A DNA stretch of 64,000 bases. Source: Chloroflexota bacterium. GTDB lineage: Bacteria > Chloroflexota > UBA11872 > VXNJ01. This document shows, piece after piece, positions 38,789-49,578 of this stretch (position 1 is its first letter; the number at the start of each line of letters is the position of its first letter). Made by a program: the position numbers and the translations under genes. The notes below the pieces were generated by a model, which searched no databases, had not been told where the DNA came from, and was given only the letters and a program-made list of their open reading frames with translations. Location: positions 1,976,610 to 2,040,609 of the forward strand of contig OZ244573.1 in assembly GCA_965217845.1 (NCBI GenBank). The letters run 5' to 3'.

Positions 38789-38813
38789 GCGCTGATCCGG
38801 GTCGAAGCCGGCC

Positions 38814-39425
38814 GTGCTAGCCCTGGTCGACTACGGCTCCGGAAACATCCGCAGCGTGGAGCGGGCGCTGGGATTTGTCGGTGCCCACTTTACCCTCACC
38901 GAAGACCCTGAAGTGGTGGCACGAGCCTCCGGCGTGGTTCTGCCCGGGGTCGGGGCCGCCGCGGATACGATGAACGGCCTGCGCGCGCGCGGCATGGACA
39001 AGGCGGTTAGCCAATACCTGCAAACTGGTCGCCCATTCATGGGCGTCTGCATGGGACTGCACGCCCTGCTCGAACACTCCGAGGAAAACGACGGCACCCC
39101 CTGCCTGGGTCTGTTCCCGGGCCGAGTGCGGCGCTTCCCGCCGGGCCTGCATGTCCCACACATGGGCTGGAACCAGGTCCGCCGGCAACAGCCGTGCGCC
39201 CTGCTTGACGGCGTCCCCGACGACGCCAATTTCTACTTCGTGCATTCCTATTTCGCCGACGCCGCGGCGTCCGACTATTGCGCGGCAACGACCGAATACG
39301 GTTTGCAATTCCTCAGCGTGCTGGGCCAGGACGTGATATTCGCCACCCAGTTCCACCCCGAAAAGAGCGGTGCCATCGGATTGTCGCTGTACCGAAATTT
39401 CACCCGGATCTGCGGGCAGCAGTAG
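38814..39425 (+). CDS. hisH: Imidazole glycerol phosphate synthase, glutamine amidotransferase subunit
   Basis: Class-I GATase triad context (GVCMGLHAL…, …HSYF…, …FHPEKS); 203 aa. Confidence 0.9.
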   Translation: MLALVDYGSGNIRSVERALGFVGAHFTLTEDPEVVARASGVVLPGVGAAADTMNGLRARGMDKAVSQYLQTGRPFMGVCMGLHALLEHSEENDGTPCLGLFPGRVRRFPPGLHVPHMGWNQVRRQQPCALLDGVPDDANFYFVHSYFADAAASDYCAATTEYGLQFLSVLGQDVIFATQFHPEKSGAIGLSLYRNFTRICGQQ

Positions 39426-39446
39426 GGCTGCGATCGGGTCCTAGCG

Positions 39447-40172
39447 GTGATCATCTATCCGGCGGTCGATATTCGCGGGGGGCGTGCCGTAAGGCTCCAC
39501 CAGGGTGACTTTGCGCGCGAGGTCGTCTTCTTCGATTCCCCCCTTGAGGCGGCCCGCGGCTGGGTGGACCAGGGGGCGCAATGGCTGCACGTGGTGGATC
39601 TGGACGGGGCCCGCAGCGGCTCCCCGATGAACCGCGCCGCGATTGCCGCCATATCCGGGCTGTCGATTCGGGTGCAGCTGGGCGGAGGATTGCGCAGCAT
39701 GTCTGAAATCGAATCGGCGCTTGCCGGCGGCGCCAACCGGGTCGTACTGGGCACCGCGGCGGTAGAGGACCCTGAACTTTTTTCGTCCGCATGCCGCCAA
39801 TTCCCGGGCCGGATAGCGGTAGGAATTGACGCCCGCGACGGAATCGTGGCCACCCGCGGATGGCGCCGCAACGCCGGCACCGATGCCATTGAACTTGCCC
39901 TTTTCTGCGAACGGCAGGGGGCGGCGGCAATCATCTACACCGACATCGATCGTGACGGCATGCTGGGCGGGATCAACACCGCCCGTCTGGCCGAAGTCAG
40001 TGGCGGGGTAGACATCCCGGTTGTCGCCAGCGGCGGCGTTGCGGCATTGGCCGATGTGACGTCCGCCGCCGAAGCCGGGGCGGCCGGGCTGATCATCGGC
40101 CGGGCGCTTTACGACGGCCGGATAGACCTTAAAGAAGCGCTGGCACGGGCCAATGGAGTGGCCCGGTGCTGA
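39447..40172 (+). CDS. hisA: 1-(5-phosphoribosyl)-5-[(5-phosphoribosylamino)methylideneamino]imidazole-4-carboxamide isomerase
   Basis: [17 protein letters not shown]…VVDLDGA… is the HisA signature; 241 aa; it overlaps hisF by 7 nt. Confidence 0.9.
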   Translation: MIIYPAVDIRGGRAVRLHQGDFAREVVFFDSPLEAARGWVDQGAQWLHVVDLDGARSGSPMNRAAIAAISGLSIRVQLGGGLRSMSEIESALAGGANRVVLGTAAVEDPELFSSACRQFPGRIAVGIDARDGIVATRGWRRNAGTDAIELALFCERQGAAAIIYTDIDRDGMLGGINTARLAEVSGGVDIPVVASGGVAALADVTSAAEAGAAGLIIGRALYDGRIDLKEALARANGVARC

Positions 40173-40942
40173 CGCGCCGCATCATCCCCTGTCTGGACGT
40201 AAAGAATGGCCGCAATGTGCGCGGGGTCCGGTTTTCAGCCGACCGCGATGCCGGCGACCCGGTGGAACTGGCGTCCTATTACGACCGGTCCGGCGCCGAC
40301 GAGCTGGTCTTTTACGACATTTCGGCCTCGGCCGAAGGAAGGACCATCACCCTTGACATGATGCGGGCAGTGGCCGAACAAGTGTTCATCCCGCTGACCG
40401 TCGGTGGTGGTGTGCGCAGCACCGCAGACATGTATGAATTACTGCGCGCCGGGGCCGACAAGGTCTCGGTCAACACCGCCGCGGTCGAGCGCGAGACCCT
40501 AATCAGCGAGGGCGCCGAGCGATTCGGCAGTCAGTGCATCGTGCTTTCGGTCGATTCGCGCCGCCGGCCAGACGGGAGCTGGGAAGTCTGGACCCACGGT
40601 GGTCGCACCAACACCGGCATGGACACCCTGAAGTGGGCTGAGCGCGGGGTCGAGCTGGGGGCGGGCGAGATCGTCCTCAACAGCATCGATGCCGACGGAA
40701 CCCGGGACGGTTACGACAACGAGCAGTTGGCCGCTCTCACCAAGCGGGTGCCGGTGCCGGTCGTGGCCTCGGGCGGGGCCGGTACGCTGGAGCATCTGCA
40801 CGAAGCCCTTGCCGACGGCGGTGCCCACGCCGTGCTGGCGGCTTCGATCTTTCACTACCGCGTATATACGATCGTCGAAGCCAAGGAATACCTGGCCCGG
40901 CGCGGCAACCCCATGCGGTTGGACCATGTCCCCGCAATCTGA
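40166..40942 (+). CDS. hisF: Imidazole glycerol phosphate synthase cyclase subunit
   Basis: [12 protein letters not shown]…, the HisF signature; 258 aa. Confidence 0.9.
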   Translation: MLTRRIIPCLDVKNGRNVRGVRFSADRDAGDPVELASYYDRSGADELVFYDISASAEGRTITLDMMRAVAEQVFIPLTVGGGVRSTADMYELLRAGADKVSVNTAAVERETLISEGAERFGSQCIVLSVDSRRRPDGSWEVWTHGGRTNTGMDTLKWAERGVELGAGEIVLNSIDADGTRDGYDNEQLAALTKRVPVPVVASGGAGTLEHLHEALADGGAHAVLAASIFHYRVYTIVEAKEYLARRGNPMRLDHVPAI

Positions 40943-41276
40943 ATCGCTCGATCCGGCGCAGCTCCGCTGGGATGCGGCCGGTCTTATAGCGGCGGTGGTC
41001 CAGGACCGAGCCACCCAACAGGTGCGCATGGTCGCCTACATGAACCGCGAATCGCTGGCGCGAACCCTTGAATCGGGCCAGGTGTGGTTCTGGTCGCGGA
41101 GTCGGGGCGAACTGTGGCGCAAGGGTGCGACCTCGGGCAACATACTCGCGCTGCGCTCCATTTACGTCAACTGCGAGGACAATTGCCTGTTGCTACAGGT
41201 CGACCCAACGGGGCCGACCTGTCACACCGGCAACGAGACTTGCTTTTACCGCGAGCTGCGAAAGGCCGATTCTTGA
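40926..41276 (+). CDS. hisI: Phosphoribosyl-AMP cyclohydrolase
   Basis: 116 aa from MSPQSESLD…; a HisI metal-binding Cys pattern (…[26 protein letters not shown]). It overlaps hisF by 17 nt. Confidence 0.85.
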   Translation: MSPQSESLDPAQLRWDAAGLIAAVVQDRATQQVRMVAYMNRESLARTLESGQVWFWSRSRGELWRKGATSGNILALRSIYVNCEDNCLLLQVDPTGPTCHTGNETCFYRELRKADS

Positions 41277-41278
41277 GC

Positions 41279-41569
41279 GTGCGACCGGGCGTGGAAATCA
41301 TCGACCAGGTAGCCGCCGTGATCGCGCAGCGCCAGCGCGAAATGCCGCCCGACTCCTACGTGGCTGAGTGCCTGCGCCGCGGCTGGCCCTATATCGCCCG
41401 CAAGTTGATCGAGGAAGCGACCGAGGCCAGCATTGCCGCGCGCGAGGAATCCGACGAGCGCCTTGCCAGTGAGATTTCCGACCTGATCTTCTTCGCGCTG
41501 GTCATGATCGCCCATCGCGGGGTCGATCCGGAACAGGTTTGGGCCGAATTGAGCCATCGCCGGCGCTAG
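41279..41569 (+). CDS. hisE: Phosphoribosyl-ATP pyrophosphohydrolase (MazG-like)
   Basis: C-terminal part of ORF 41084..41569: …VRPGVEIIDQVAAVIAQRQREMPPDSYVAECL…EEATEA…DLIFFALVMIAHRGVD. Start is GTG 41279, or TTG 41273 overlapping the hisI stop (TTGA). Confidence 0.75.
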   Translation: MRPGVEIIDQVAAVIAQRQREMPPDSYVAECLRRGWPYIARKLIEEATEASIAAREESDERLASEISDLIFFALVMIAHRGVDPEQVWAELSHRRR

Positions 41570-41881
41570 TGGCGCGGGCGCGGGGCGTCATTCATCGTCC
41601 CGACCAATAACCAGCGGGGCGGGCACGGTTGGCGCTCCAGCCCGCAACGCAATGCAAGTTCGATCGGTCCAGCGTCGGCTTTTGGCGCGCGCTCGATAAT
41701 GGCCCGGGTGGCGCAGGCCGTTTGGGGCTCGACCCAGGCCAATTCCCACCCGATCCAACCACCGCCGCGATGCCCGCCCCGCCGACCGGTACACGCCTTG
41801 CCGCCCGGCGGTCGCCCCTTCCGAATTCGCTCTCGATATGGTTTTGGCGGCGACTGCCCACTCGATATTTGATCCACCGGA

Positions 41882-42703
41882 TCAGCGGCTCGGCGGCAGG
41901 ATTGCCTCCAGCGCCGCCTTGGCCGCGGCAAATCGTTGCGGGGTAGTACTGCCAAAATGGCGCTCGGCCACGTCCAAATGCGGTTCCAGGGCAAGCGTCA
42001 TGGGGTAATCGCGGCCGTCCAGTTCCACCAGGATTTGCGGCCAACCGCATAAGCCTTCGCCGGGCAGGACCATTTTTCCGGCAGACCCGCGATCCTTCAC
42101 GTGCAGGGCGTCGATGTGCTCGCGCAGCTGCCTGACCGCGCCGAGCGCATCGACGCCGACGACGGCGAAATTGGCCGGGTCACAGACATATCCCAAGTTC
42201 TCGGCATCGATCGCGTGCAGGGCCGCAAGGATCTGCTCAGGCGATTCGCCAAAGACATCGCGCTCGTTCTCAAGCAGCAGCCGGACTCCGGGCGCATCCC
42301 GATGGGCCTGCTCGCACAGCCGGGTCAGGTTCCCGATGCAATCACGGTCATCGGCCGCCGACCGGCACCGGAATCCAAATACCCGCACGGCCCGGCTCCC
42401 GAATTCGGCGGCGGCCGCCAGGCCGTTGGCCAGCTGCCGCTGCTGGACCGCAAAATCGCCCTCGACCGGGGCCTTGCCCACCGGGGTGGCCACGCAATGG
42501 CAGGCGATATCCGCCTCGCGCAGCTGGCGCGCCATCAGGGCGCGTTCAGCGGACGTCGCCTCGGCAATCGAGCAGCGCTGCCCGTCCCGTTCGAAATGGC
42601 GCAGGTCAATGCGCTCAATCCCAAGCGAGGTCAAAAACCGCAGCTGATCGGGCAGGTCAGTGTAAGCCTCGTCGGCAAACCCGGACAACCGCCAGGCGGT
42701 CAC
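41882..42703 (-). CDS. Sugar phosphate isomerase/epimerase (xylose-isomerase-like TIM barrel)
   Basis: 273 aa with TIM-barrel AP-endo-2 family motifs. Its start overlaps the lepA stop. Confidence 0.7.
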   Translation of the reverse strand: MTAWRLSGFADEAYTDLPDQLRFLTSLGIERIDLRHFERDGQRCSIAEATSAERALMARQLREADIACHCVATPVGKAPVEGDFAVQQRQLANGLAAAAEFGSRAVRVFGFRCRSAADDRDCIGNLTRLCEQAHRDAPGVRLLLENERDVFGESPEQILAALHAIDAENLGYVCDPANFAVVGVDALGAVRQLREHIDALHVKDRGSAGKMVLPGEGLCGWPQILVELDGRDYPMTLALEPHLDVAERHFGSTTPQRFAAAKAALEAILPPSR

Positions 42704-44490
42704 CGTTCCAGGACCGTGGTGAAGGCGGCCTGGGGGATCTCCACCTGGCCCACCATCTTCATCCGCTTTTTGCCTTCGGCCTGCTTCTTGAGCAACTTGC
42801 GCTTACGGGTCACGTCGCCGCCGTAGCACTTGGCCAACACATCTTTGCGCAGGGCGGGGATCGTCTCGCGCGCAATCACCTTGCCGCCCACCGCCGCCTG
42901 GAGGGCGACCTGGAACAGCTGGCGCGGAATTACCTTGCGCAACCGGGCCAGGATTTCGAGCGCGTCCCGGCGCGCCCGCTCACGATGCAGGATCGACGAG
43001 AGCGCATCCACGCGCACGCCGTTGACGAGGATGTCCACCACCTGCACCTTCACCGGTCGAAAGTCGACCACGTGGTAGTCGAGCGATGCGTAGCCGCGGG
43101 TGGAGGACTTTAACTTGTCGTAGAAATCGATCAGGATCTCCGACAGCGGGGCGTGGGCGGTCATCAGGACCCGACCGGCGTCCAGGGTCTCGACTTTGTC
43201 GACGCTGCCGCGCGCCAACCGAACCAGTTCCATCAACGATCCCAAGTAGCTGCCCGGGGTCACGATTGCGAGCTCGACCCAGGGCTCGGACACCTGGGCG
43301 ATGCGGTTGCTGTCGGGCATCGCGCCGGGACCGTCCACCAGCAGCTCCTGGCCGCCGCGGGTCAGGACCTTAAATTGCACGCCGGGGTTGGTAACGATCA
43401 GGGTCAGATCGTTGTCGCGTTCGAGGCGTTCGCGGACGATGTTCAGGTGCAGCAGACCCAGGAACCCCACCCGGAACCCGAACCCCAGGGCTCCCGACTC
43501 CTCGGGTTCGAAAGTCAGGGAGGAATCGTTGAGGCGCAGCAACTCGAGCGCGCGCCGCAGCGCCGGGAAATCACCCGGATCCTGGGGATAGATCCCGGCA
43601 AATACCATCGGCCGCGGCGGGGCGTAGCCGGGCAGGGGAATCGATTCCGTACCGTCGGCGAGGAGAGTGTCGCCAACCACGAATTCGAAACCGCCTTTAA
43701 GGCCGGTGGCAACGTAGCCCACCTGCCCCGAGGAGAGTGACTGGGCCGACTGCATCTGCGGAGCAAAGGTCCCGACCTCGACGATCTCAAAGCGCTTGCC
43801 GGAGCCGGGCAGAAAAATCCGGTCGCCGGACGCCAGCCGGCCGTCGACGACGCGCACGTGGGTGAGCACGCCGCGGTGCCGATCGTAGTTGGAGTCAAAG
43901 ACCAGTGCGCGCGGCGGCCCCTCCGATACGCCCTCGGGCGGCGGCACGATCTCGATGACCCGCTCCAGCAGCTCGCGCACCCCGGTACCATGCTTGGCCG
44001 AAACCGCTACGATCTCCTGCGGGTTAACCCCCATCAGTTCCACGATCGCCTCGCGCGCCGCCTGCGGTCGGGCCGCCGGCATGTCGATCTTGTTAATTAC
44101 TGGAATGATCTCCAGGCCCAGCTCCAGGGCCTGGTACAGATTGGCGATCGTCTGCGCCTCGATTCCCTGGGTCGCATCGACCAGCAGCAGGGCGCCCTCG
44201 CAGGCCGCCAATGCGCGCGAGACCTCGTAGGCAAAGTCCACATGCCCGGGGGTGTCGATCAGATTGAGCTGGTACTGCTCGCCCCCGTTCGACCAGTGCA
44301 TCCTGACCGGAGTGGCCTTGATAGTTATGCCGTGTTCGCGCTCTAGGTCGAGTGAGTCCAGCAGCTGTTCGCGCATCTGGCGCTGATCGACCTGGCCGGT
44401 CAGCTCCAGCATGCGATCGGCCAGGGTGGACTTGCCATGGTCGATGTGCGCGATGATGCAGAAGTTACGGATGCTCACGAGCGCGGACAT
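42700..44490 (-). CDS. lepA: Elongation factor 4 (translational GTPase LepA)
   Basis: G1-G5 GTPase motifs (AHIDHGKST…DTPGHVDF…NKID…SAK) and the LepA-specific C-terminal domain; 596 aa. Confidence 0.95.
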   Translation of the reverse strand: MSALVSIRNFCIIAHIDHGKSTLADRMLELTGQVDQRQMREQLLDSLDLEREHGITIKATPVRMHWSNGGEQYQLNLIDTPGHVDFAYEVSRALAACEGALLLVDATQGIEAQTIANLYQALELGLEIIPVINKIDMPAARPQAAREAIVELMGVNPQEIVAVSAKHGTGVRELLERVIEIVPPPEGVSEGPPRALVFDSNYDRHRGVLTHVRVVDGRLASGDRIFLPGSGKRFEIVEVGTFAPQMQSAQSLSSGQVGYVATGLKGGFEFVVGDTLLADGTESIPLPGYAPPRPMVFAGIYPQDPGDFPALRRALELLRLNDSSLTFEPEESGALGFGFRVGFLGLLHLNIVRERLERDNDLTLIVTNPGVQFKVLTRGGQELLVDGPGAMPDSNRIAQVSEPWVELAIVTPGSYLGSLMELVRLARGSVDKVETLDAGRVLMTAHAPLSEILIDFYDKLKSSTRGYASLDYHVVDFRPVKVQVVDILVNGVRVDALSSILHRERARRDALEILARLRKVIPRQLFQVALQAAVGGKVIARETIPALRKDVLAKCYGGDVTRKRKLLKKQAEGKKRMKMVGQVEIPQAAFTTVLER

Positions 44491-44540
44491 GCGCGGGCGG
44501 TGCCTCTATAAGGTAGATAGGCCAGCGATTTTAGGAGCGG

Positions 44541-46076
44541 TCAATCATTGATCGCGCTCGGCTTCAGGCGCGACCCCAGCATCCGCAGCAGGATCTTGGG
44601 CTGTTCCAGCCCCAACGCCAGGGTAATGGCGAGGTAAGCGGCGGCGGCCAGTCCCAGGATTAAGAGCAAACCCGCGGCATAGATCGGCGGGGTTGGGTCC
44701 AGCGAGCCCAGCAGCTCGGTCCCCAGCCAGGCCAGCGCCGCCGCCAGCACGCTGGCGCCGAATACGCGCGCGGTCCCCGTTCCCAGTGAAATCTGAAGCC
44801 CCAGGCGCTTGAGCCAGAGATAGAGGATCGCCACTTCGACCAGCACCCCGACCGAGACCCCCATGGCTATTCCGGCGACCGCGAACGGTCCCGACAGGGC
44901 CCAGGAAATTGCCATGTGCAGCAGCAGGCCCGCGGAGATGATCAGCACCGGCCGGCGCGTGTCCTGGCGGGCGTAGTACACCCTGGTGAGGATTTCGGCC
45001 GCCGCATGACCGATCAGGCCCACTGCCAGCGCCGCCAGGACCACCGCGGTGGCGGCGCTGGCGGCAGCGTCGAACGCCCCCCGTTCGAACAGCACCCGCA
45101 CCAGCGGTTCCCCGGTGACGATCATCACCAGGCTGGCCGGAAGCGTGGCAAACAGCACATAGGAGAGCGATTCGGATGTCGCACGCGCCAAGCCGGGTCC
45201 GTCGCCACGGACATGTAGATCGGAAAACTCGGGCAGCACCGCCTCGGCATAGGGGATCGCCAGGATGCCGAGCGGAAAGAGCAGCAGCATCCAGGCATTG
45301 GCGAACGCGGCCACACCCGAGGGCCCTTGCAGGGAGGCCAGATAGTTGATGAAGAAAAAACTCAGCTGGATTACCGCAAAACCACCCAAGCGCGGCAGCA
45401 TCAGCGCAATCACGCGCCGTCCCGCGCCGCGTACGGCCAGCGCCGGTTGCCAACTGAGTCCGGCGCGGCGCAGGCCCGGGACCTGGATCAGCAGGTGCAG
45501 GACGGCCCCGGCGATGGTGCCCCAGGCCAAGCCGACAATGCCCAGCGGCTCAACCAGAAAGAGCGCTCCGGCGATGACGCCGGTGTTGTACAGCAACGGG
45601 CCGACCGCCGGCAACAGGAAGTCACGTTCGGCGTGCAGGGCGCCCTTAAATACGGCCGAGATGCCCAGCAGCAGCGGCGAGAGCATCAGGTAGCGGGTGG
45701 CCTCGGTGGCCAGGGCGCGGGTGGGCTCGTCGAATCCCGGCACCAGGACCGACATCAGGGGCGCGGCGAACAGTGCCGCCAACAGCGAACCACCGATCAT
45801 CATCATCCCCAACAGATTGAGCACCCCGGAGAAGAGGCGCCGGCGGTCCTCGTCGCGGCCGCGGCCGCGCAGCCCGGCATAGACCGGGATGAATGCCGAA
45901 ATCAGGGCCCCGCCGGCAAACAGGGTGAACAGGGTATCGGGTATCCGGAACGCGGCAAACCAGGCGTCGGCCTCCGGGCCGAGGCCGATCTGGCCGTTGA
46001 TCACCGCCTGGCGCGCGAACCCCAGCAGGCGCGAGAGCAGGAACATGACGCTGAGCAGCAGCGCCACCCGCGCCAC
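44541..46076 (-). CDS. murJ: Lipid II flippase MurJ (MviN)
   Basis: 14-TM MOP-superfamily protein with a MurJ N-terminus (…MFLLSRLLGFARQAVI…). Start trimmed to GTG/ATG at 46046-46076; the ORF-track extension to 46268 overlaps the upstream gene. Confidence 0.8.
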   Translation of the reverse strand: MARVALLLSVMFLLSRLLGFARQAVINGQIGLGPEADAWFAAFRIPDTLFTLFAGGALISAFIPVYAGLRGRGRDEDRRRLFSGVLNLLGMMMIGGSLLAALFAAPLMSVLVPGFDEPTRALATEATRYLMLSPLLLGISAVFKGALHAERDFLLPAVGPLLYNTGVIAGALFLVEPLGIVGLAWGTIAGAVLHLLIQVPGLRRAGLSWQPALAVRGAGRRVIALMLPRLGGFAVIQLSFFFINYLASLQGPSGVAAFANAWMLLLFPLGILAIPYAEAVLPEFSDLHVRGDGPGLARATSESLSYVLFATLPASLVMIVTGEPLVRVLFERGAFDAAASAATAVVLAALAVGLIGHAAAEILTRVYYARQDTRRPVLIISAGLLLHMAISWALSGPFAVAGIAMGVSVGVLVEVAILYLWLKRLGLQISLGTGTARVFGASVLAAALAWLGTELLGSLDPTPPIYAAGLLLILGLAAAAYLAITLALGLEQPKILLRMLGSRLKPSAIND

Positions 46077-46111
46077 CAGGCGGCCCCGCTCGGACGGGGC
46101 GGCGGGGGACT

Positions 46112-46516
46112 CTATTCGGCGCGCTCCACGCGGATCAGGTCGCCCGGTTGGCTGCCGTCCAGGTCGGGCGTGGGAACGATCCGCAGCCGCCCCAAGGGAA
46201 TCACTTTGCTGGCGGCGCGGATCTCTTCCGGGTTGCGACTGGCCGGGGTCGGGCCCCAAAACAGGCATAGCGCCGAACCCGGCGGCCAGTAGGCCAGCTC
46301 GCCCATGAAGAGCACTTCGCGGTCTTCCCGGGTGGGATCCAGCTGCAGCGGGATGGCGGCGAAGATTTCCTGCCCCCAGCGATTCACGCTCCCCGACAGC
46401 GGCAGTGCCGCCCAGAGTGCTTCGGCGGCGTCGGAGCGGTAGAGCTCAGCGTTCAGGTCCAGATCGCCAACGCTGACCCGAATCAATTTGCCCGGTTCGA
46501 TCACTGCGGTCTCAAC
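46112..46516 (-). CDS. Hypothetical protein (possible cyclophilin-like fold), between argB and murJ
   Basis: About 134 aa, no transmembrane segments; start set at a GTG just after the argB stop. No confident family assignment. Confidence 0.35.
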   Translation of the reverse strand, partial: VETAVIEPGKLIRVSVGDLDLNAELYRSDAAEALWAALPLSGSVNRWGQEIFAAIPLQLDPTREDREVLFMGELAYWPPGSALCLFWGPTPASRNPEEIRAASKVIPLGRLRIVPTPDLDGSQPGDLIRVERAE

Positions 46517-46517
46517 A

Positions 46518-47306
46518 TCACGCCGACCGGGCAAACCGGGTGCCCCCGGTCCCGCCCGCCAAGGCCGATTCAATAGAACCCGAACGGGCCCCATCCACGA
46601 TGTGGACAACGCCCACGTACTCCAGCAAATCCAGCGCCGACTGCAGTTTCGGGATCATGCCACCGACGACCGCCCCGGAGTCCCGCAGCTGGGAGGCGAT
46701 CTCCGGGGTAACCAATTCCACCGTCCGCCCGGCGCGGTCAAGGACCCCGGGCACGTTCGACACAAAGACCAGTCCCCCGGCCCGCAGGGCGCGCGCCACC
46801 GCGCCGGCGATCGAATCGGCATTTACGTTGTAGATGCGGCCCTCCCCATCCGCGCCCAGCGGAGCCACCACCGGAATGACGCGGGCAGCCATAAGCGCTT
46901 GGAGCACGATCGGGTCGACCTCATGCACCCGGCCTACCCAGCCGAGCCGGCCGTCGGATTCGGGTTCGACCCGGATCAATCCGGCGTCAATGCCGGAAAT
47001 GCCGGCCGCCGCCACGCCGGCCCGGCCCAGGGCGCTCACGATACGTTTGCCGACCGATCCACAAAACACCTTCAGGGCCGCCTCCAGGACCACATCGTCG
47101 GTATAGCGAAGCCCGTCGACGAAGCGGGTCTGGGCGCCGGAGCGCTCCAGCTCGAGACTCAAAGCGCGACCGCCGCCGTGGACGATTACAACCGGATGGT
47201 TTTTTTGCAGCCGCTTGACCTGGCCGCACAGGTCGGGCAGGTCAAGTTCGTCACCGCCGCCAATCTTTATCACCAACGGAACAGCGCCGGTTGAGTGATC
47301 CGACAT
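46518..47306 (-). CDS. argB: Acetylglutamate kinase
   Basis: Amino-acid kinase family motifs (VIKIGG…VVHGGG…); 262 aa. Confidence 0.9.
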   Translation of the reverse strand: MSDHSTGAVPLVIKIGGGDELDLPDLCGQVKRLQKNHPVVIVHGGGRALSLELERSGAQTRFVDGLRYTDDVVLEAALKVFCGSVGKRIVSALGRAGVAAAGISGIDAGLIRVEPESDGRLGWVGRVHEVDPIVLQALMAARVIPVVAPLGADGEGRIYNVNADSIAGAVARALRAGGLVFVSNVPGVLDRAGRTVELVTPEIASQLRDSGAVVGGMIPKLQSALDLLEYVGVVHIVDGARSGSIESALAGGTGGTRFARSA

Positions 47307-47312
47307 CGGCGA

Positions 47313-48506
47313 TCAGGTCGTGTACTCGGAATTGAAGGCCACGTACTCGGCGCTCAGATCACAGCCCACACCGCGGGCCCGATACGGTCCCGAATGCAGC
47401 TCCAGGGTCATGGTCGAGCGCGGCCGGGCAAGTTCGGTCGACGCCCGCTGGGCATCGAATGCAATTGGCAGGCCTTGCCGCATCGTCTGCACGGCGCCCA
47501 GGTATAGATCCATCCGATCGGAGTCGAATTCAGCACCGGAATAACCGGCGGCGCAGAGGATTCGCCCGAAATTGGGGTCGGCGCCGCGAACCGCCGTCTT
47601 CACCAGCATCGAAGTGGTCACCGCACGCGCGATTTGGCGCGCCTGCACCTGCGAGGACGCGCCATTGACCTCAACCACGAAAACCTGATTGACGCCCTCG
47701 CCGCCGGCGACGATGGCTTCCGCCATCTCCCAGGCCAGATCGCGGAAGGCGGTCGCAAACGCGGCCCAGTCGGGGCAATCGGGCTCCAGGGCGATGCCGC
47801 TGGCTCCCGAACCCAGCACCAGCAGCGAATCGTTGGTCGAGGTGTCTCCATCGATACTCACGGCATTGAACGTCTCGTCAGCTACCTCGGTAGTCAATTG
47901 CTGCAATGCCGGGCGGCTGATCGCGGCATCGGTGGTAATGTAGGCCAGCATGGTGGCCATGTTGGGGTGAATCATCCCGGCGCCCTTGCACATTGCCCCG
48001 ATCGTCACCCGGCCGGCAGCAGTGGGGATTGTGCGCTGCCCGAACTTGGGCCCGGCGTCGGTCGTCATGATGGCCTTGGCTGCGGCCGGACCACCCCCGG
48101 GTCCTACCGGGATTTTGGCCACGCCCGCGCCCAGCTCGTCCATCGGCAACTGCACGCCGATTATTCCGGTGGAGCACACCAGCACTTCCTCGGCCGGGAT
48201 CTGGAAGCGGTCTCCGGTCAGACGGGCCAGTTCGAGAGTGTTGTCAAACCCCGGCTGTCCGGTGGCGGCATTTGCGATTCCGGAATTGGTAATGATTGCT
48301 CGCGCCTTTCCACGGCCGACCACCGCGCGGTTGTAGCGCACGCTCGGAGCGGCGAAACGGTTGCGGGTGAATACGCCGGCCACTGTGGCCGAACCTTCGG
48401 TTGCCAGCAGCAGGGCCAGATCGGGCTCCCCCGACGGCTTAATTCCGCAGGTATACCCGCCGGCCACAAAGCCCAGCGGTGCGCACACGCCTTCGCTCAT
48501 CTGCAA
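47313..48506 (-). CDS. argJ: Bifunctional ornithine acetyltransferase / N-acetylglutamate synthase
   Basis: ArgJ self-cleavage site context (…ATMLAYITTDA…); 397 aa. Confidence 0.9.
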   Translation of the reverse strand: MQMSEGVCAPLGFVAGGYTCGIKPSGEPDLALLLATEGSATVAGVFTRNRFAAPSVRYNRAVVGRGKARAIITNSGIANAATGQPGFDNTLELARLTGDRFQIPAEEVLVCSTGIIGVQLPMDELGAGVAKIPVGPGGGPAAAKAIMTTDAGPKFGQRTIPTAAGRVTIGAMCKGAGMIHPNMATMLAYITTDAAISRPALQQLTTEVADETFNAVSIDGDTSTNDSLLVLGSGASGIALEPDCPDWAAFATAFRDLAWEMAEAIVAGGEGVNQVFVVEVNGASSQVQARQIARAVTTSMLVKTAVRGADPNFGRILCAAGYSGAEFDSDRMDLYLGAVQTMRQGLPIAFDAQRASTELARPRSTMTLELHSGPYRARGVGCDLSAEYVAFNSEYTT

Positions 48507-48540
48507 TCGCCCCTTCGAGGGTCTCCGTCAATTTCCGGTT

Positions 48541-49578
48541 TCATGGATAGGCCGACGCCGCACGCAGGCCGCAACGCTCGTCGAATCCGGCCATCAGATT
48601 CGCGTTCTGCAGCGCCTGGCCAGCGGCCCCTTTTATCAGGTTGTCGACCGCGCCAAACATCAGCAGGCGCCGCCCGTCGGGACTGGGACGGGCGTGCACG
48701 GCACAGAAATTGGAGCCCGCGACCCATTTGCTGCGCGGGGGCTGGTCGAGCGCGAGCGTGAACGGGGCGTCGGCGTAGTAATCGCGATACAGGGCCAATA
48801 TCTCGGCGGCTTCTACCGCCCGCGTCAGGCGGGCGTAGCCGGTCGAGAGGATGCCCCGGATCATCGGGGTCAGGTGCGGGACGAACGTGACCGCCACATC
48901 CTGGTTGGCGATCAGTTCGAGTTCCTGGATCATCTCGGCCGAATGCCGGTGACCGTCAACACCATAGGCGTGGATGCTTTCGGTCACTTCCGAATAGTGG
49001 CTGTCAAGTTTCAGCGCGCGCCCGGCCCCGGATATACCCGATTTGGCGTCGAAGACGACGTCGGGTTCGATCAGTCCCGCGGAAAGGGCGGGAGCGGCCG
49101 AAAGGATGGCGGCGGTCGGATAGCAGCCAGGGTTGCCGACGGCGCGCGCGGCCGCGATTTCGGCGCGGTGCAGTTCGGGCAGGCCGTAGACCGCGCCGTC
49201 GAGCAGTTCAGGGTGGGGGTGGCGGTGTCCGTAGTAGGTTTCATAGGCCTGCGCAGAGTGCAGGCGCAGATCGGCGCTCACATCGATCACCCGCACGCCG
49301 GCTTCAATGTAGGGAGCCAGCACCGCCGCCGACGCCAGGTGCGGAAGGCACGAGAAGACGATGTCGGTGTTGGGCGCGGCGGACTCGGTCGCAATCAGGC
49401 GGGCACGCGCAATCGTGCCATCGCCAAAGGTCTGCGCATGCGGGAAGACTTCGCCGAATTTGCGTCCAGCATGGCTGCGGCCGGTCAGTTCCAGGATGTC
49501 GAACCCGGAGTGGGTGCTCAACAGGCGCACCAATTCAAGGCCAAAGTAGCTGGTCGCGTTGATGATCGTTACCCGCAT
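48541..49578 (-). CDS. argC: N-acetyl-gamma-glutamyl-phosphate reductase
   Basis: MRVTIINATSYFGLELVRLL… Rossmann N-terminus and catalytic Cys region. Start trimmed from 49641 to the internal Met. Confidence 0.9.
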   Translation of the reverse strand: MRVTIINATSYFGLELVRLLSTHSGFDILELTGRSHAGRKFGEVFPHAQTFGDGTIARARLIATESAAPNTDIVFSCLPHLASAAVLAPYIEAGVRVIDVSADLRLHSAQAYETYYGHRHPHPELLDGAVYGLPELHRAEIAAARAVGNPGCYPTAAILSAAPALSAGLIEPDVVFDAKSGISGAGRALKLDSHYSEVTESIHAYGVDGHRHSAEMIQELELIANQDVAVTFVPHLTPMIRGILSTGYARLTRAVEAAEILALYRDYYADAPFTLALDQPPRSKWVAGSNFCAVHARPSPDGRRLLMFGAVDNLIKGAAGQALQNANLMAGFDERCGLRAASAYP

